Positions 34,059-37,915 of a stretch of 37,915 nucleotides of DNA are shown piece after piece. A model generated the notes under the pieces. That model ran no database searches. It worked only from the letters and a program-made list of their open reading frames with translations, and had not been told where the DNA came from. How positions within the stretch are numbered: position 1 is the first letter of the stretch; every line of letters starts with the position of its first letter. Source of the stretch: a virus (taxonomy: Duplodnaviria > Heunggongvirae > Uroviricota > Caudoviricetes); IMG/VR virus record IMGVR_UViG_2778261269_000005, positions 1 to 37,915 of that record, one strand, 5' to 3'. Made by a program: the position numbers and the translations under genes.

Positions 34059-36494
34059 ATGAGCACTGATAAAGAAGAATTTGCATTATATTGTGAAGCA
34101 AAAAATGACAAAGTCAGAAAACGCCTTGGAATTAAAGGTGGTTTTTACTGGACTACAGCAAAAAAATTATCTGTTGCCATCTCCCGCTGCATTACCGCAA
34201 TGGATGACAACGATTATGATGAAGACGACTTTAAAAAACCCGTCCGCGTCCATTTACCCGTTGTGAATGACCTTCCACCTGAAGGCGTGTTTGATACTGA
34301 ATTCTGTAACCGTTACGAAAAAGGCGGGGAAGATGGCATCACAATGGTATTTATCGCGCCCTCACCCTCTGCGCAGGACAAACCAGCCAACACTGACAAT
34401 ACCAACGTCAACGGCGAAGACATGACTGAGATTGAGGAGAACATGCTCCTGCCGGTTTCAGGTCAGATTCTGCCTGTTCGATGGCTGGCACAGCACGGCA
34501 GCGAAAAACCGATCACACACGTTTCGCGGGACGAACTGCGCGCATTACATAACGCACAGGATGAAAAACTTCCCGCCGTTACCGCGCTGGCTATCTCAAA
34601 TAAAGCAGCGCAACTCGAACCGCTGGAGATTCGCGATCTCCACAAACTGGTGCGAGACACTGACAAAGTTTTCCCCGCCCCCGTAAATTCGGACCTGGGA
34701 CTGATAACCTCTTTTATCGAAGCTTACCTGGACGCCGACTACACCGATCGCGGTCTGCTGACAAAAGAGTGGATGAAAGGAAATCGTATTTCGCGTATCA
34801 CCCGTACGGCTTCCGGTGCAAATGCCGGTGGCGGGAACAAAACCGATCGCAATCCGAATTTAGTACACACCTTCGATACGCTGGATGTGGAGATTGCAGC
34901 AGCCACACTTCCGATGGATTTTAATATTTATGAAATTCCGGGCAGCGTTTATCGTCGCGCAAAAGAAATCGTCCTGAAAAGAGAAAGTCCGTTCAAAGAA
35001 TGGTCCGCAGCACTTCGCGCAACCCCGGGTATTCTGGATTATTCCCGCGCCGCTATTTTTGCACTTATCCGGAGCGCTCACCCTGAGTTTTATCACTACC
35101 CGGGACGCCTTCAGGGGTATATCAACGCCCACTTAACGGAGACTGATCACGAGAACCCCAGCAAGGAAACTCTCACTGCTGCACGACATACACCGGAAAA
35201 AGACATCCTGGAAGAAGTTAACCGCGAACTGGCTGCTGAACGCGAAACAGAAGAAGAAAAAAATAATGAGGAAAAATCACAACCGTCTGACGCAATGGCA
35301 GATGAACAGGCAACGACTGAAGCAATGGGACAGGATACAACTGAATATCGCCAGGACACACAATCGCTGGATACTCAGGCACAGATAAATCCGGTTAATC
35401 AGGTAAAAGTTACCGCTGACGAAGTAAACAAAATTATGCAGGCAGCCAATATCAACCAGCCTGATGCCGACAAAATACTGGCAGTCCATCGCGGTGAATT
35501 CGTTGACGGAATTAGCGACCCGAATGATCCGAAATGGGTTAAGGGGATTGAAACCCGCGATTCTGTGAACCAGAACCAGCCCGAATCGGAACAAAACAGC
35601 CAAAATGCGTTACAAAACGAGCCAGAAACGAAACAGCCTGAACCAGAAGAGCAACAAGAACCGGAAAAAGTCTGCACCGCCTGCGGTCAGACCGGCAGCG
35701 GCAACTGTCCTGACTGTGGCGCGGTGATGGGCGACGCAACATACCAGGAAACATTCGATGAAAAAAATCAGGCTGAAGTTCAGGAAGATGATCCGGAGGA
35801 AATGGAAGGCGCTGAACATCCGAACAATGAGAATGCTGGTAACGATCAGTATCACACCAGCGATAGTGAAACTGGCGAGGCGACAGATCCCTTAATTAAT
35901 GTGAACGGTCATCACGAAATCACATCCACCAGCAGTACGTGTGACCATCTAATGATCGACCTTGAAACCATGGGAAAAAATCCTGATGCCCCGATTATCT
36001 CAATAGGTGCAATATTTTTCGATCCGCAAACCGGAGATATGGGACCGGAATTTAGTAAGACTATAGATCTGGAAACAGCTGGCGGAGTCATTGATCGTGA
36101 CACCATTAAATGGTGGCTTAAGCAATCACGCGAGGCGCAATCTGCCATTCTGACCGATGAAATCCCGTTAGATGATGCACTGTTGCAATTGCGGGAATTT
36201 ATCGACGAAAACTCCGGCGAATTTTTTGTTCGTGTCTGGGGAAATGGAGCCAGCTTCGACAACGTAATTTTACGCCGTTCATATGAACGGCAGGGGATCC
36301 CCTGCCCGTGGCGTTACTACAACGATCGCGATGTACGCACAATTCTTGAACTGGGAAAAGCCATAGACTTCGATGCCAGAACGGCTATTCCATTCGAAGG
36401 CGTACCCCACAATGCGCTGGACGATGCCCGTCACCAGGCAAAACAAGTTTCAGCTATCTGGCAAAACCTGATCCCGAGTCAGGCTGATTTTTAA
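34059..36494 (+). CDS. large early-left protein with C-terminal DEDDh 3'-5' exonuclease domain (YdfE-like)
   Basis: 811-aa ORF; C-terminal MIDLETMG...ISIGAIFFD, WGNGASFDNVIL and HNALDDARHQAKQ motifs; acidic Q/E/N-rich low-complexity centre; CTACGQTGSGNCPDCG zinc-ribbon-like motif. Confidence 0.7.
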   Translation: MSTDKEEFALYCEAKNDKVRKRLGIKGGFYWTTAKKLSVAISRCITAMDDNDYDEDDFKKPVRVHLPVVNDLPPEGVFDTEFCNRYEKGGEDGITMVFIAPSPSAQDKPANTDNTNVNGEDMTEIEENMLLPVSGQILPVRWLAQHGSEKPITHVSRDELRALHNAQDEKLPAVTALAISNKAAQLEPLEIRDLHKLVRDTDKVFPAPVNSDLGLITSFIEAYLDADYTDRGLLTKEWMKGNRISRITRTASGANAGGGNKTDRNPNLVHTFDTLDVEIAAATLPMDFNIYEIPGSVYRRAKEIVLKRESPFKEWSAALRATPGILDYSRAAIFALIRSAHPEFYHYPGRLQGYINAHLTETDHENPSKETLTAARHTPEKDILEEVNRELAAERETEEEKNNEEKSQPSDAMADEQATTEAMGQDTTEYRQDTQSLDTQAQINPVNQVKVTADEVNKIMQAANINQPDADKILAVHRGEFVDGISDPNDPKWVKGIETRDSVNQNQPESEQNSQNALQNEPETKQPEPEEQQEPEKVCTACGQTGSGNCPDCGAVMGDATYQETFDEKNQAEVQEDDPEEMEGAEHPNNENAGNDQYHTSDSETGEATDPLINVNGHHEITSTSSTCDHLMIDLETMGKNPDAPIISIGAIFFDPQTGDMGPEFSKTIDLETAGGVIDRDTIKWWLKQSREAQSAILTDEIPLDDALLQLREFIDENSGEFFVRVWGNGASFDNVILRRSYERQGIPCPWRYYNDRDVRTILELGKAIDFDARTAIPFEGVPHNALDDARHQAKQVSAIWQNLIPSQADF

Positions 36495-36558
36495 TGTTCA
36501 ACCCCGGTCGTCGCCCACCAGCTATAGTGGTGGCGACCATGATTAGCGAACGACGCTC

Positions 36559-36807
36559 ATGGCAAGACTTATTCTGCTCACTGAGTGGGCAAAAGAGGAA
36601 TTCAGCGATCCGGTCCCGACTCCGGGCACGTTAAGTAAATACGCTAAAGCCGGAATGATATTTCCTCTCCCCAAAAAAGTTGGAAGACACTGGCGAGTGG
36701 ATCCACGAGCTCGCTTTGTCGGAATGGTAAACAAGCCGGAGGTGATCGCCACAGATCACCCTGCTTTGAAGAGGATACTGGAAGATGGCGCGCCCGCGAA
36801 AATATAA
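36559..36807 (+). CDS. xis: excisionase (lambda Xis-like)
   Basis: 82-aa ORF: LTEWAKEE...TLSKYAKAGMIFPLPKKVGRHWRV resembles lambda Xis; 3' end overlaps the int start. Confidence 0.7.
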   Translation: MARLILLTEWAKEEFSDPVPTPGTLSKYAKAGMIFPLPKKVGRHWRVDPRARFVGMVNKPEVIATDHPALKRILEDGAPAKI

Positions 36808-37915
36808 AACCGAAGTTCCGGGACTATCTCCGTATTTTGACAAAAGAAATAACAAAGTTTACTGGCGTTACAGGCATCCCATAACAGGCAAAAATCACGG
36901 TCTCGGCAGTATTGACCAGAAACTGGCAGAAACTATTGCAGCAGAAGCGAACAGCCGTCTTGCCAGGCAGCAAATGGAACAAATGCTCAGTCTGCAGGAG
37001 AAAATTATTAATGATACCGGCGGTTCATCAACCGTTTCCATTTTTCTGAATAATTACAGAAAAATTCAACAGGAAAGATATGAAAACGGAGAGATCAAAC
37101 TCAACACGCTGAAACAAAAAGCGGCCCCTCTCAGGGTATTTGATGAACGTTTTGGCACCAGACCGTTAGATGCCATAACTGTAAAAGATGTGGTATCGGT
37201 GCTGGAAGAGTACAAGGCCAGAGGACATAACAGAATGGGGCAAATTTTCAGGAAGGTACTGATCGATGTTTTCCGGGAAGCTCAGCAAACAGGCGATGTT
37301 CCGCCAGGCTTTAACCCTGCAGAATCGGCAAAAAAACCGCAGGTGCGGATATCAAGACAGCGACTGACTTTTGATGAGTGGATGATGATTTATAACGCAG
37401 CGGAAAAGGATGGTTACTTTTTACAGCGCGGCATGTTGCTGGCACTGATGACAGGCCAGCGCCTTTCAGATATTTGCAAAATGCAATTTTCGGATATCCG
37501 GGATGGTTATCTTCATGTCGAACAGCAAAAAACAGGAACCCGGATTGCCATCCCTCTTGCTCTGCGTTGCAATAAATTAAATCTCACCCTGGATGATGTG
37601 GTGTCATCCTGTCGCGATTGCGTTCTTAGTCCGTGGCTATTGCACCACCATCATGCGAAAGGGACAGCCAAGCGCGGCGGGATGGTTAAGCCAGCAACGT
37701 TAACAGTTGCATTTAAAAAAGCGCGGGATTCTGTAGATTACAACTGGTGCCCTAATGGTACCCCACCCTCTTTCCATGAACAGCGATCATTGTCGGAGCG
37801 TTTATTCAGGGAGCAAGGGATCGACACCCAAATTTTGCTGGGCCATTCGAATCAAAAAATGACCGATATTTACAACGATGCACGTGGTAAGGAGTGGAAA
37901 AAACTGGTCATTTGA
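36785..37915 (+). CDS. int: site-specific tyrosine integrase, lambda family
   Basis: 376-aa ORF; catalytic-region motifs TGQRLSDICKMQFSDI, HEQRSLSERL, LLGHSNQKMTDIYNDARG; stop codon is the last 3 bases of the window. Confidence 0.9.
   Translation: MARPRKYKTEVPGLSPYFDKRNNKVYWRYRHPITGKNHGLGSIDQKLAETIAAEANSRLARQQMEQMLSLQEKIINDTGGSSTVSIFLNNYRKIQQERYENGEIKLNTLKQKAAPLRVFDERFGTRPLDAITVKDVVSVLEEYKARGHNRMGQIFRKVLIDVFREAQQTGDVPPGFNPAESAKKPQVRISRQRLTFDEWMMIYNAAEKDGYFLQRGMLLALMTGQRLSDICKMQFSDIRDGYLHVEQQKTGTRIAIPLALRCNKLNLTLDDVVSSCRDCVLSPWLLHHHHAKGTAKRGGMVKPATLTVAFKKARDSVDYNWCPNGTPPSFHEQRSLSERLFREQGIDTQILLGHSNQKMTDIYNDARGKEWKKLVI

Noticed and set aside
35147-35855. Cluster of minus-strand ORFs (70-108 aa)
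   Set aside because: Antisense to the low-complexity acidic linker of the 811-aa exonuclease protein; composition artefact.
1-37915. Complete prophage boundaries (attL/attR)
   Set aside because: The integrase stop coincides with the right edge and J runs off the left edge, so neither attachment site nor the tail-fibre end of the prophage is within the window.

Overview
The window is essentially one near-complete lambdoid prophage: a lambda-like morphogenesis module joined to a Qin/dicB-type early region, with the late genes on the minus strand. No database search was run; all homology calls come from reading the translated ORFs against remembered protein families, and all promoters, terminators and operators are sequence-pattern inferences. 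Left to right: tail tip J (N-terminal part, gene runs off the left edge), I, K, L, M, tape measure H, G and G-T chaperones, V, U, Z, FII, FI, capsid E, D, protease/scaffold C (carrying in-frame 138-bp tandem repeats), portal B, W, terminase A and Nu1, then cos at about 16.95-17.13 kb. Beyond cos lie small AT-rich morons, a lysis cassette (holin, second membrane protein, M15-peptidase endolysin, small lipoprotein), a diverged tRNA-Gly-like gene, a beta-class DPPY DNA methyltransferase, an AT-rich membrane-protein moron, a pR'-like promoter with short terminator, a Q-like gene, RusA and a YdfU-like protein. Then come a ParD/ParE toxin-antitoxin pair, a chain of translationally coupled nin-like small genes, an O-like replication initiator containing 15-bp-period iterons, Cro-like and YdaT-like genes, and a divergent XRE repressor flanked by related operator repeats. 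A second RelE/ParE-type pair sits in the rexAB-equivalent position, followed by ydfA-ydfB-ydfC, an AT-rich insertion with a convergent gene pair, DicF sRNA, dicB, ydfD, an 811-aa protein with a C-terminal DEDDh exonuclease domain, xis and a lambda-family integrase ending at the right edge. There is no CRISPR array and no rRNA. The best candidates for uncharacterised function are the cargo loci: the convergent pair between ydfC and dicF, the membrane-protein moron downstream of Q, the toxin-antitoxin pair beside the repressor, and the 27-codon hydrophobic ORF coupled to the nin-like genes.
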